Shown in pieces: positions 31,102-41,831 of a stretch of DNA of 46,786 bases (positions within the stretch are counted from its first letter, which is position 1; every line of letters starts with the position of its first letter). A program made the translations under genes and the position numbers. Below the pieces are notes generated by a model. The model ran no database searches, was not told where the DNA came from, and saw nothing but the letters and a program-made list of their open reading frames with translations. The stretch lies in contig PDIP01000101.1 of NCBI GenBank assembly GCA_002811645.1, forward strand, positions 1-46,786, written 5' to 3'. Source of the stretch: Corallochytrium limacisporum Hawaii. Lineage: Eukaryota > Protista > Pluriformea.

Positions 31102-32739
31102 ATGGTGTCCATGGACAAGCGTTCCAGCTCCTCTCAGGCCCCTATCTTTGTCATCAAGAAGGTACTGATCAGCGATAACCTCGCTGACGTGTGCGCCGAG
31201 ACTCTTCGTGCTGGTGGTATTGAGGTGGACTGCAAGCAAAAGCTGCCCAAAGAGGAACTCTGCAAGATTATTGGTGAGTATGATGGTCTGGTCGTCCGCT
31301 CCGACACCAAGGTGACCAAGGAGGTGCTCGATGCCGCTACAAACCTGAAATTGATCGGTCGTGCTGGTGTAGGTGTTGACAACATTGATGTCGCATACGC
31401 CACCAAGAAAGGTGTCATCGTCATGAACACCCCCGGTGGTAACACCGTCTCCGCTGCTGAACACACTTGCGCTCTAATGCAGGCTCTGGCCCGCAACATT
31501 CCCCAGGCTGCTGGTGGTATGGCGAACGGCAAATGGGACCGCAAGAAGTACATGGGATTCGAACTCAACGGTAAGACTCTGGGTATCATCGGTCTGGGCC
31601 GCATTGGTCGCGAAGTCGCCAGCCGCATGCAAGCCTTCGGTATGAAGACCGTCGGCTATGACCCCATGCTTCCTGCCGAGAAGGCCTCCGAGTATGGCAT
31701 CAAGTTTTACCCCCTCGATGACCTGTGGCAGCACTGTGACTTCATCTCTGTGCACACACCTTTGACTGAGGGCACCCGCAACATGGTCAACAAGGAGACC
31801 ATTGCCAAGTGCAAGAAGGGAGTCTACTTTATTAACGTGGCGCGGGGTGGTATTATCAACGAGGCTGAGATGCTGGAGATGATTGAGGGCGGCCACTGCG
31901 GCGGTGCTGGTCTCGATGTGTTCCCCACTGAGCCCCCGGCAGATCTGGACAGCAACCCCCTGTTCAAGCACCCCAAGGTTATTTGCACCCCTCACCTCGG
32001 TGCTTCCACCAAGGAGGCCCAGGACAAGGTTGCAGAGGAGATTGCAGAGGCCTTTGTGGCTGCTTCCAAGGGCGGTGAGCTGCTCGGTGTTGTCAACGCT
32101 CCTGCTCTGACGAAGGCCTTCGCCCCGGATCTGAAGCCTTGGATTGAATTGGGTATCAAAATGGGTGCTCTTGCTGCGCAGAACACGGGTAAGTCTGCCC
32201 AGATCAAGTCCCTCACTGTTGGTGTCTATGGTCTGAAGTCTCAGCTGAGCTCTCTGACTTCTGCCGTGACCTGTGGTTTCATGCACCACGTCTCCACTCA
32301 GTCTGTGAACCTAGTGAACGCCCAGTCCCTGGCTGAGGAAAAGGGCTTCACCATCTCTCAGACCGTCCATAACAATCCCCACACCATGGTACAGCAGTGC
32401 CTCGAGATCCGGGTGGATACCACTAACGGTACATCCACCTATGAGGGTACGGTCTATGGCAATGACTCTGTTCGCCTGATCCGTGTCGATGACTTCGATT
32501 GTGAGGTCAGCCCCTCCGGTTTCCTCCTCCTGTACCGCAACCAGGACGTTCCCGGTACTCTGGCCAAGGTCACCACCATTCTGGGAGATGCCAACATCAA
32601 CATTGGTGACTTCAGCATGGGTCGCAAGAACAAGGAGGCACTGTGTATCCTGACCACCGACTCGGATATAAACCAGGATGTTTTGGACAAGATTGTCTCC
32701 ACTCCCAACATCATCTCTGCCAAGAGCATGACCTTCTAA
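31102..32739 (+). CDS. PHGDH: D-3-phosphoglycerate dehydrogenase, long type with ASB and ACT domains
   Basis: GRAGVGVDNID, NTPGGN..SAAEHT, GLGRIG, NVARGGI, LDVF..EPP, TPHLGAST.EAQ. C-terminal ACT NQDVPGTL...ANINI. Confidence 0.97.
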   Translation: MVSMDKRSSSSQAPIFVIKKVLISDNLADVCAETLRAGGIEVDCKQKLPKEELCKIIGEYDGLVVRSDTKVTKEVLDAATNLKLIGRAGVGVDNIDVAYATKKGVIVMNTPGGNTVSAAEHTCALMQALARNIPQAAGGMANGKWDRKKYMGFELNGKTLGIIGLGRIGREVASRMQAFGMKTVGYDPMLPAEKASEYGIKFYPLDDLWQHCDFISVHTPLTEGTRNMVNKETIAKCKKGVYFINVARGGIINEAEMLEMIEGGHCGGAGLDVFPTEPPADLDSNPLFKHPKVICTPHLGASTKEAQDKVAEEIAEAFVAASKGGELLGVVNAPALTKAFAPDLKPWIELGIKMGALAAQNTGKSAQIKSLTVGVYGLKSQLSSLTSAVTCGFMHHVSTQSVNLVNAQSLAEEKGFTISQTVHNNPHTMVQQCLEIRVDTTNGTSTYEGTVYGNDSVRLIRVDDFDCEVSPSGFLLLYRNQDVPGTLAKVTTILGDANINIGDFSMGRKNKEALCILTTDSDINQDVLDKIVSTPNIISAKSMTF

Positions 32740-33145
32740 TTTTGTCTTTTCGAAGGTTTTGCCATCGGGCGCAACACCCTTGAGCGAAGGTAACACGCAG
32801 CCGGTATCATCATACTCTTTATCATAACTGTAGCATTACAAAACACAGGGTTATCCGGTAACATATGTTAGCAACAAAGTGAAGAAAATTGCTCATGCAA
32901 CCTCGGGGTTTGCGGATGCGACTTCCTCCGATGCATGACAGCCCAAAGCGACTCAGGCGTGAAAGTGCGAGATATCTCTCTACCGGCAACGGTGGGGGTT
33001 CGGCGGCGCGAAGTTTTCAGCATATTGCTAGGCCGCACGCCCAACTCACGGGGGAGAAGGGGAGAGGGTGAGAGAGCGAGAGGACCCAGATTCCGGTCTC
33101 ACTTTTGAACAACCAGGTTCTCCCCCGTCCCCGCTTCCCCTCCCC

Positions 33146-33355
33146 NNNNNNNNNNNNNNNNNNNNNNNNNNNNNNNNNNNNNNNNNNNNNNNNNNNNNNN
33201 NNNNNNNNNNNNNNNNNNNNNNNNNNNNNNNNNNNNNNNNNNNNNNNNNNNNNNNNNNNNNNNNNNNNNNNNNNNNNNNNNNNNNNNNNNNNNNNNNNNN
33301 NNNNNNNNNNNNNNNNNNNNNNNNNNNNNNNNNNNNNNNNNNNNNNNNNNNNNNN
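33146..33355. other. Assembly gap
   Basis: N run flanked by C-rich and G/C-rich sequence. Confidence 0.99.
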
Positions 33356-33613
33356 CGGGGCCCCCTTTTTTTCAAAACCATTCTTTTTCACTCCTTTCCT
33401 TTTCCTGACAATGAGACCCTACCCCAGGTAACTCGCCGGGATCCGAAAAGTAACAAGATCTCCGTGCGACGCTGCAGTACTGATCAGCTTCCTGAACGAG
33501 TGATCCTGTTTGAAGGAATAAACTCACATTGACCCTTGATCCTGGATTAGACAACAGTTTGGTGCATTAGATCGGAAGCAGCGATTTATAAGACGATTCT
33601 GTCCTGTTCAAGA

Positions 33614-34324
33614 ATGGGTGCGAGTACTTTGCCTCTCGAGAGGCAACTAAATGAAGATTTTCACGCTACTATTTGTAGATGGAGAGACCATGCGGAGCAC
33701 CAAGAGAAGGATCTGAGAGATGCTATTATGAAGGTTCAGCAGGAATGTGTTGTCGATAGTGAGCTTCAGGAACTCCAGCGGTTGGCCAAACAGTCTGAGT
33801 TTCAAGGAGTCGTGTTTGACCATGGTCTGTCACGGCTTAAAGAAGGTCTTGAGGAGGCACTTGGGCAACGAGAATTGGAGCAGAAGGTCCTGAAAAGCGT
33901 AAAGGAATACATGGAATCAGACGTGTTGTGGCAGGAATGGGTCATTGACATCATGGACAGCCTTTTGGCGGATGGCCGCATTGAACAGCATCTCCTCAAG
34001 GTAAAGGAATTCGACCAGCTCGTGACCGATTTCAACACAGCGGAACAGGAACTGGTTCAAATTCAAGAGTCGCTGGAGCAAAGCCACAAAGGGGAGAAAC
34101 ACCTACGGAGTGAACTACATGCGACCATGCAGCTTCTCAGACAATCTTTGGCCAGCAGTTCCTGCACAGACGGAAGTCTCAATGGAGAGATGTACGCTGC
34201 TATCAAGCAGGCTGCAGAGCGCCGTCAAGAAGACTTGGTAAAGCGAAAAGAGGCGCTACAGAGAGATATCGGGGAACTCCTTGAAGAAGGTAAAGCTGTG
34301 CGTAACAGGCTCAAGTGCTTGTAA
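33614..34324 (+). CDS. Coiled-coil protein, 236 aa (weak resemblance to the Nsp1/Nup62 C-terminal coil)
   Basis: ATG-started ORF rich in L/E/Q/K with heptad character. In-frame upstream stop at 33548 and TATA-like tttataa at about 33585. Confidence 0.7.
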   Translation: MGASTLPLERQLNEDFHATICRWRDHAEHQEKDLRDAIMKVQQECVVDSELQELQRLAKQSEFQGVVFDHGLSRLKEGLEEALGQRELEQKVLKSVKEYMESDVLWQEWVIDIMDSLLADGRIEQHLLKVKEFDQLVTDFNTAEQELVQIQESLEQSHKGEKHLRSELHATMQLLRQSLASSSCTDGSLNGEMYAAIKQAAERRQEDLVKRKEALQRDIGELLEEGKAVRNRLKCL

Positions 34325-34491
34325 ATACCTGCTGCTAAGTCAATTGCTTTTTGTGCTTAACCTATTTTACTCTAAATGAATCTTTAACTATGAAATTCTA
34401 TGGCATGTGATGATATGTAACAACAGACGATGGGTTGTTACTGTGTGATGCACGTTGGTTAGATTTTGGTAATGGGTTGAGAGTCCCAAGT

Positions 34492-36354
34492 TTACATGAG
34501 GAAGGCAACCAGAACGGACAGGAACAAGGCGAGTGTTGACACCGAAACAGCGGAGGTGCTGTCACTCAAGTCCTGGGGGTCGCTGGGAGTAGCCTTGCCC
34601 AAGGCCAGGTCCTTGACGTACTCAGACATTTCCCCAAAATTGGGGCTACCCAGACCGGTAACGGGGTCCCATCCCTCGATTGCGTTAAAACCAGAGCAGT
34701 TCTGGTAGCCATTGTTGCCGGATTTGATGTCGTTGAAGGTAACAGCGTCGTCCTTCCACATCTGGTACAAAAGGGGGTTCAAAAAGCCCAGCGAGTTGCC
34801 GCCGTTGTTGAAGCTAACGTCATTAAGCATTGAAATGACTCCCGCAAAAGTCGGAGAAGCCGCAGAGGTGCCGTCAACGGTGACCTCAACGCCATTCTTA
34901 ATGATTATGAAATCTGTCGAGAGGGCAGAGACATCCGGATAGGCACGCCCTCCAGAGGTGTACTGTGATGACGAAGGCAGGCCGCCACCACCCCTGTTGA
35001 AGTAAAGCGGCACAGCAGTATCCTGGTAACTGGGGCGTCCAAAAATTGTGCTGAAGCCACCACCAGAACCCGACCAGCCCTCAGACAGACCGTTGGTGCC
35101 ACCGACAGCAGTGACATACGGAGAGCTGGCTGGGAAGTCAGGGACATTAACATAAGGACTGGAGCTGGTGCACGACACACCAGAGTCACCGGAAGCCACC
35201 AAAATTGAGCGGCCCATCGTTCCAAACTTCATGAACTGATTGTTCAGATTGGTTGGGTTCTCCTGGTAGGCATCAAACTCGGGCTGGCCGTAGCTGATGG
35301 AATGGACCCAGGGAGAGTCGTCGTTGTCAATCTGGCTGTCGATCCATTCCGTAAGGCTAAAGCTGTTCTGGTACACGACCCAGGTCGTGATGTTCTGACC
35401 AACACCGGTGATATACTGCACGTCCAGACTGGCCTCCAGGCCGGGCTCGCTGGAGTTATTCTCACCCTCAATTGTAGCAATTGGGTTAGCGATAACGTCG
35501 AACGTGTCTTGGAATTCCGCCAGGTCATTTGGACTGAAGAATTGACCCTGGAAGGAGGCGATGGCCTGGCTAGTGTTCGTGTTGGTGGCAACATAACCTC
35601 CGATGTCGTAGGCGGATTCAATGGCAGAAGGAGTGATGAAATTGGTATCTCTCCGCCGACGACGGTTAGCAGGGGCTGAGTGCACAGTGTGAATTTTGGG
35701 GAAGTAGAATATACCGGAGATATCGTGCAGCACTTCACCCACCTCTTTAGGCACAGTGTATTCCATGGTGCGGATAATCTGTTTGTCGGGGTCGTCCTTA
35801 TGAGTAAAATGGTGGAATGTGCACCCGAAAGCATCCTCAGCGTCGCTAACCTTCATATGTACCGTCATCAAGTCCTCAGCGGTGGTCTTTGACTTGTTGT
35901 GGTAGTTTATGGACTCAAGCCAGGACTCTACGGCGTCAATATGGTCCTGGTCCGGGCGCACAATCTCAGCCACCTCTGCTACATTTAGCCACTGCTGATA
36001 CACTGGGCTCTCTGGATTGTTACGTTGTTCGAATTCGCTCTGCAGCTGGTCTGTGTTTTGGAGTTTCAAACTGAAAATAATCTTGAGCATATGACCGTCT
36101 TTGTCGGTTACCTCACCTTGATGAGCCCAGTGGGTTGGCATACTGCTGCGACTGGTAGGGAACTCATAGGCCTGGAAGATGTTCTGGGAACCTTCAGCTG
36201 ACACCACTGGCCCGCCATTGGCAGCCTGCTCAGCCACGTTCACGTTTCCTGGAGGGTAGATATCCATCTTTACTTCTGTGTCCCGGCGCTCATGCATGGC
36301 TGCCGCTATGTCTAGGGGGGCGTTGCCCATCCCGAAAGCTTCATACACTTCCAT
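34492..36354 (-). CDS. Peptidase S53 (sedolisin / tripeptidyl-peptidase I-like), paralog A, with C-terminal hydrophobic (GPI/anchor-like) tail
   Basis: Pro-domain NPESPVYQQWL. Catalytic Glu/Asp in EASLDVQY, oxyanion Asp in ASGDSG, Ser in GTSAASP. GRAYPDVSA. Ca site DIKSGNN...GWDPVTGLGSP. Tail SVSTLALFLSVLVAFLM. Confidence 0.95.
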   Translation of the reverse strand: MEVYEAFGMGNAPLDIAAAMHERRDTEVKMDIYPPGNVNVAEQAANGGPVVSAEGSQNIFQAYEFPTSRSSMPTHWAHQGEVTDKDGHMLKIIFSLKLQNTDQLQSEFEQRNNPESPVYQQWLNVAEVAEIVRPDQDHIDAVESWLESINYHNKSKTTAEDLMTVHMKVSDAEDAFGCTFHHFTHKDDPDKQIIRTMEYTVPKEVGEVLHDISGIFYFPKIHTVHSAPANRRRRRDTNFITPSAIESAYDIGGYVATNTNTSQAIASFQGQFFSPNDLAEFQDTFDVIANPIATIEGENNSSEPGLEASLDVQYITGVGQNITTWVVYQNSFSLTEWIDSQIDNDDSPWVHSISYGQPEFDAYQENPTNLNNQFMKFGTMGRSILVASGDSGVSCTSSSPYVNVPDFPASSPYVTAVGGTNGLSEGWSGSGGGFSTIFGRPSYQDTAVPLYFNRGGGGLPSSSQYTSGGRAYPDVSALSTDFIIIKNGVEVTVDGTSAASPTFAGVISMLNDVSFNNGGNSLGFLNPLLYQMWKDDAVTFNDIKSGNNGYQNCSGFNAIEGWDPVTGLGSPNFGEMSEYVKDLALGKATPSDPQDLSDSTSAVSVSTLALFLSVLVAFLM

Positions 36355-36620
36355 GAGGAATGTGTTTCTTTAATTTCTATGTCGTTCGTGAAAATATAGC
36401 ACTACCGATCATTGCTACACGTGAAGAAATTTCAGAGCCCATTAAATACCCCTTGAGTTCTCATTTGTGTTCTGATTGTTATGGTCCTTGTCCGTTTCTA
36501 AAGTCCCGTTGGCATATGAACACCAACCAAACTCGCCGAACCCCTGTTACGATGGAAAACCAGAAATCAGTTAGTGCCTGTTGGTCGCGGCTGGAAGCTG
36601 TCACTGTTGGAGCACACACC

Positions 36621-37100
36621 AGAGAGAGAGAGAGAGCGAGATGGAAGTGTCCTGGTCTCTCGGGCCACCCTTCCCCTGCAACGTCGCATCAAGGCACTCT
36701 CCCTTGACACCCCTCCCTTTCACACTCCCTATCCCCTTTTGCCTACTACCACTACTTACCCACCGTGAACTCCTTCGCCAACTGCGACTCATTTTTGTTT
36801 TTTTTTCTTTTTCTGTCTTTCCCCCTCCCCCGTTTTGGTGCCGTTTGCGCCTCCTCCCCCTCCCCCTCCTTTTCTTCTCTCCCTCTCTATCTCTTCCCCC
36901 CCTTCCCCCCCCCTCCTCTCCGCGGGGCCTTCGTTCTCCTCTCCAAGTCTTTTGGCCCCGCCAAAACACCCCCTTCCTCTCTTCTTCTCCCCCCCCCCTC
37001 TCTTCTCCCCCCTCTCCACCTTCTCGCTTCCCCGCTCCTGGTGGATTCGCCCTATTTAGTCCTCTCGCATTGGTCCTCTGTCCCACCAAAACCCAACCCT
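36621..37100. repeat. (GA)n microsatellite followed by a roughly 450-bp polypyrimidine (+) / polypurine (-) low-complexity tract
   Basis: agagagagagagagag at 36621, then runs of C and T (ccccctcccc, cttctctccc etc.). The minus strand has many G3-G10 runs. Confidence 0.85.
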
Positions 37101-37663
37101 CATCTGATAGGTATGCTCCCCTTCATCAGTACATTTGTCCAGAATATTAACATCATGGGAACACTATCACACACATTTTGTATTGGTCAGGCGCCGTACT
37201 GAACCACCCGGTGCCTCTACGACGATCCCGTTCCTCGTACCATGTGACTGGCCGAGCCGAGAGTGCTCAGCCTTGGGCCGCTCTGCTGCAAAAGCCCGCT
37301 TGTGCCGTTTGCTAAGAAAAAATTCTCTTCCTCCACTTTCTCAGTGTTTCTCATGAACGAATCTATCTCAAGTAATACTGAATAACTGGAGAAATTTGTT
37401 TTCGCAAAAAAAAAATAAGCTGTGTGCAATGATCCACCCCGGGGCGTGATGGGCGGCTTGACTGGGGAGGGAGAGGGCTGGAGAGCGGGAGGCCAGCAGA
37501 AAGGGTAGGAAGTCAGTACTGCGGCTTTTTCCATCCTTTTTCTTTTTACACGTTGCCCGCTGCTGGGGCAGTTTCCATAGTAAAATTATGAAGTCACAAG
37601 GATGTTTTGGTGGCACCTTGCCAAGGGAGAGAGGGAAGGGAAGGGAGAGAGCGACACGATGAA

Positions 37664-37702
37664 ACACACACATACACACACATACACACACACACACACA
37701 CA
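37664..37702. repeat. (CA)n microsatellite running into an assembly gap
   Basis: acacacacatacacacacatacacacacacacacaca immediately before the Ns. Confidence 0.9.
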
Positions 37703-38071
37703 NNNNNNNNNNNNNNNNNNNNNNNNNNNNNNNNNNNNNNNNNNNNNNNNNNNNNNNNNNNNNNNNNNNNNNNNNNNNNNNNNNNNNNNNNNNNNNNNNN
37801 NNNNNNNNNNNNNNNNNNNNNNNNNNNNNNNNNNNNNNNNNNNNNNNNNNNNNNNNNNNNNNNNNNNNNNNNNNNNNNNNNNNNNNNNNNNNNNNNNNNN
37901 NNNNNNNNNNNNNNNNNNNNNNNNNNNNNNNNNNNNNNNNNNNNNNNNNNNNNNNNNNNNNNNNNNNNNNNNNNNNNNNNNNNNNNNNNNNNNNNNNNNN
38001 NNNNNNNNNNNNNNNNNNNNNNNNNNNNNNNNNNNNNNNNNNNNNNNNNNNNNNNNNNNNNNNNNNNNNNN
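37703..38071. other. Assembly gap
   Basis: N run after the (CA)n repeat. Confidence 0.99.
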
Positions 38072-38181
38072 TACCGACATGCCGGTATTGGGCCCACTTT
38101 TTCCTTCCTTCCTTGTTCCCCTGCCCGCCTGAGGCTCTTAACGAGCAGGGGAGGGGGGAGGGGGTGCCCTCGTGTGAGTCG

Positions 38182-38220
38182 CTCGGTTTGGCCTCACGCT
38201 ACTCGGTTTGGCCTCACGCT
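38182..38220. repeat. Tandem duplication, 20-bp period, 2 copies
   Basis: ctcggtttggcctcacgct-a-ctcggtttggcctcacgct. Confidence 0.9.
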
Positions 38221-39164
38221 TCGGGGAGAGAGGAGAGGAGGGGGGGTGCGGAGCGCAGCGGCTCCACCAAACATGGCCGCTCCCGCACTCCGCCCGTTAA
38301 ATTCCCTTTGGTTTGGTCTCTCTCTCTCTCTCTTTTGTGTTTCTTCCTTCCTTCGTTTCTTTTTCTCTTTGGTTGACTCCCCTTTCTGCAGGTCAGTCTA
38401 CCTGAGCCTCTGGTGACTTCCTGACCCTTTTACTTCTCACCTAATCTCGTCTCCCTATCTGCAAGATTTAAGCACATCACGTCCTCGCGCGCACTGTCTG
38501 TGGACTCGGCGGGCTCCCCCCGGTCACGAGAGAGGGCAACAGAAACATCAGTGACCTGTGTGTACTGACCGATCCTGACATTCAAGTTTGTGGCTAGAAA
38601 TAGTGATTTGTCATACTAAAACTATAGAAACGTGGCAAATGTGTACGTCACGACACGAAGAGAAAGAGGCGGTAATGAAAATTCTGCATTGCCCCTGGTG
38701 GGTTTTCGTAGGCGCGCCTCAATATCGAGCCTATACTTTTTGGCCCTGCAGGCTTTGCGGCCCCCCCCCTCTTCCTGCCTCCTTCCCTCTTTGGCTGATT
38801 TGAGCATGTTTTTTTTTTAGTTTACGCCCTCGGTTTCAAGCCCCAAAGGCACACACCCCAGCAGCCCGGGAGCCGGGGACCGTAGAGGAAGAAAACTTTG
38901 TCTTTTTTTTTGTCCGTCCTTGGCTGATACTTTCCTTTTTTTCTTCTTCGGACTCGAAGTTATGAAGTCTTTTGCCCGTGATTTGTGCTGCGTTACTATT
39001 TTTTCATCGACACGCGAGAGATGGATGAGACACGGCGTGTCCGCCGCTGGGGAAGAATCCAGTGGAAACGACACCCTACCAGGTTTTCTGACTCTTCAAC
39101 AGGGTTCCAAATCATACACTGTGTATTTGATTAGAAGCGGCGGTTAGGTAGCGGGGCGGAGGGT

Positions 39165-39564
39165 NNNNNNNNNNNNNNNNNNNNNNNNNNNNNNNNNNNN
39201 NNNNNNNNNNNNNNNNNNNNNNNNNNNNNNNNNNNNNNNNNNNNNNNNNNNNNNNNNNNNNNNNNNNNNNNNNNNNNNNNNNNNNNNNNNNNNNNNNNNN
39301 NNNNNNNNNNNNNNNNNNNNNNNNNNNNNNNNNNNNNNNNNNNNNNNNNNNNNNNNNNNNNNNNNNNNNNNNNNNNNNNNNNNNNNNNNNNNNNNNNNNN
39401 NNNNNNNNNNNNNNNNNNNNNNNNNNNNNNNNNNNNNNNNNNNNNNNNNNNNNNNNNNNNNNNNNNNNNNNNNNNNNNNNNNNNNNNNNNNNNNNNNNNN
39501 NNNNNNNNNNNNNNNNNNNNNNNNNNNNNNNNNNNNNNNNNNNNNNNNNNNNNNNNNNNNNNNN
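39165..39564. other. Assembly gap
   Basis: N run flanked by G-rich sequence on both sides. Confidence 0.99.
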
Positions 39565-41803
39565 GGGGAGGGAGGGAAGGAGAGCTACCAGCAACCGCAC
39601 ACGGGGGTACGCCGAGTCGAAGGCATTGGAACGATCTCAACTCCCGAAGACACAATGTTTCTACACACTAAGCGAATGTGTTCCGGCTCGTTCGTTTTCG
39701 GAAGGTTCATTTCCTCCTCCTCATCTCCACAGCGAAATCGTTGGTTTCAGGTTAACGATGCGATCATGAATTCAAATTCGCCTCACGGACGTTTCCTGCC
39801 TTATGCGGAAGGCTGTCCTCGTTCTTCTTGGCTGGCTATTAACCGGTGGTTTTGTTCGAAGGCGGAGAGCGGCGTGGGTGCCGTTAACGAGTAACTAGTA
39901 CGTATGGCTCAATAACTTGCTAGGAGCAAGAAAACAAACAAGAGACCTACTTCCTTTTCGTTGGAACATGTTACGTTCCAACAGGCGCGGATTGTGTGTC
40001 CTGCATTGGTGTGACATCACGTCCTGATGGTGAGCAAGCAATGGAAAAGATATCACAGGTCACTTGGAAGATGGGAGTGCAGGATAACACACATGCTGTG
40101 GGGAACGAAAGGCCGTTGGGCCCGGACGTGCGGAAATATAAAGTCTACAATTTTCTTTAAAAAAACAAGAACGAAGGAGACTCAGAGTGACGAAGCAGGA
40201 ACTGAATGCTTTCCTTTTTTATTTTCTTTTCTTTTTTTTTTGGCCTTCGCATGAGGCAGGAACATGTGGCTTGACCGGCCACTCCCGGATCTTCTTACGT
40301 AAGGTGAGCGTGTATACAAAACCGAGAAAATACGGGGGGGCTATCATGTGTACCCATAGGTATAGTATTAATGACCTGCCATCTATCGAGCTATATTGAG
40401 GGCTCAGCCAACCGTTTTGATTTGGTGTAGCGGTCCTACGGCGAAAAAAACACGGAAAGACGCCGAGTGACCGGCGGTCCCTTTCTATGAGCATTAAACA
40501 GGTGCTAATGAGTCCGGCGCCGCGGTGTTGCGAGGAAGCGGGTGAGGGAAACGAGGACCGGGGAGCGAGGGAACGGGCAATGGCACAGGGCGTGGATTAT
40601 ATAACGTCGGTGGACACCGGGGGCACGACTATGGGGATCTCTACTAAGCTCACCAAGCCTACGAGAAAATCAGCACCTGTGTGAACTATGATTACAGCAG
40701 TCCACCTGTCCGGAAAGGTACTGAATCAGGGTGTCTTTGATACAAATCCGAAGAGTTTCTGTTGCCCAAAAAGAAATTCCTTACAGTTGCGTGGTTAGTA
40801 GTTGCGTGTTAGTTGCTGTGGTTGTGCGCGCTTGCGCATATCGAAACATTGGAGGTGTGAGTAACAGTGGCAACTATACAGTAGGCTCGTTGTCTCAGTG
40901 TGATAACCCAATGGCTTTGCTCCGAATACTCCGGCTTCGTCATTCTGTCTGGCCATGTGCGAAATTTGTCGGCTTCCCACTTCTCTAGGCCTCGGAAATT
41001 GGGAGACCATGTACTTTCCTCTGCACTAAGTATGATCCTGTTCTTCCCGGACTGAACAACATGCCTCGTAAACCCTGCGCATATCTGCAGAGCAACACGA
41101 GTACACGCCTCCTGCATGTCTTGGGACAGTTCCCCTCCGCACACGCATTGGCTGCCGTTGGCTCGGTGCCGCCTTGTCCAGTTATGCTTGTGTTCAGTCA
41201 CTGCGGCGCCTCGTAGTCAACTGTCGCCTGCGTTTTGCAGTGTTGCGTCGTTCCTCCTTGCGCCACAGTTGCGTAGCTAAGCCCTCGTAAATTTCAGTGT
41301 GGGGCAATAGCGAAGTTTTGGGTGGCAGGAACTGTACAGCCCCCAGAGGGCTCCACCAGCCTCCCGGGCCTCCCCCCCCCCCCAAAAGGGAGGGAGGACT
41401 GAGGGACCACAGCCGCAAGACCGGAACGTGTGGACAAGGCTAAAATCAGTGGGCGGAAGAAGAGAAAAAGAAAAAATTCTTCACCTTGAGTTTCTTCATA
41501 CTTTTAATATGAGAGCCCTCACCCTCCGTTGTTTCATGGCTCAAAGTACACGTCCTCCCAATCACTGCCCACGCTCTAACCGGCATCAGATAGCGGACAG
41601 CGAAGGAGCGAGGCGAGGCCAAAACCCGTCCTAGGTTGAGCCGAATCAGAGAGTGAGGCATGCCCGCCGTTCTACATTGTGAGCGCCGTGTCGTCCTCCA
41701 TCAGACTATTAGGTGATCTACTCCTCATACTTTCGCCTTCCTCCGCACCGAGATATAACGAGCGAGTCCACACAATGGTGTAAAGGCATCGGAGAGCAAG
41801 GGA

Positions 41804-41831
41804 GGGTGCCATAGCTGGGGTGCCATAGCTG
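41804..41831. repeat. Tandem duplication, 14 bp, 2 copies
   Basis: gggtgccatagctg gggtgccatagctg. Confidence 0.9.

Noticed and set aside
36581-37150. Pro/Ser/Leu-rich and Gly/Arg/Glu-rich ORFs of 145-189 aa
   Set aside because: Artefacts of the stop-free polypyrimidine tract. The ORFs spanning N gaps are likewise artefacts.
39626-39636. ttggaacgat match to U6 snRNA
   Set aside because: No following ACAGAGA box or other U6 sequence.
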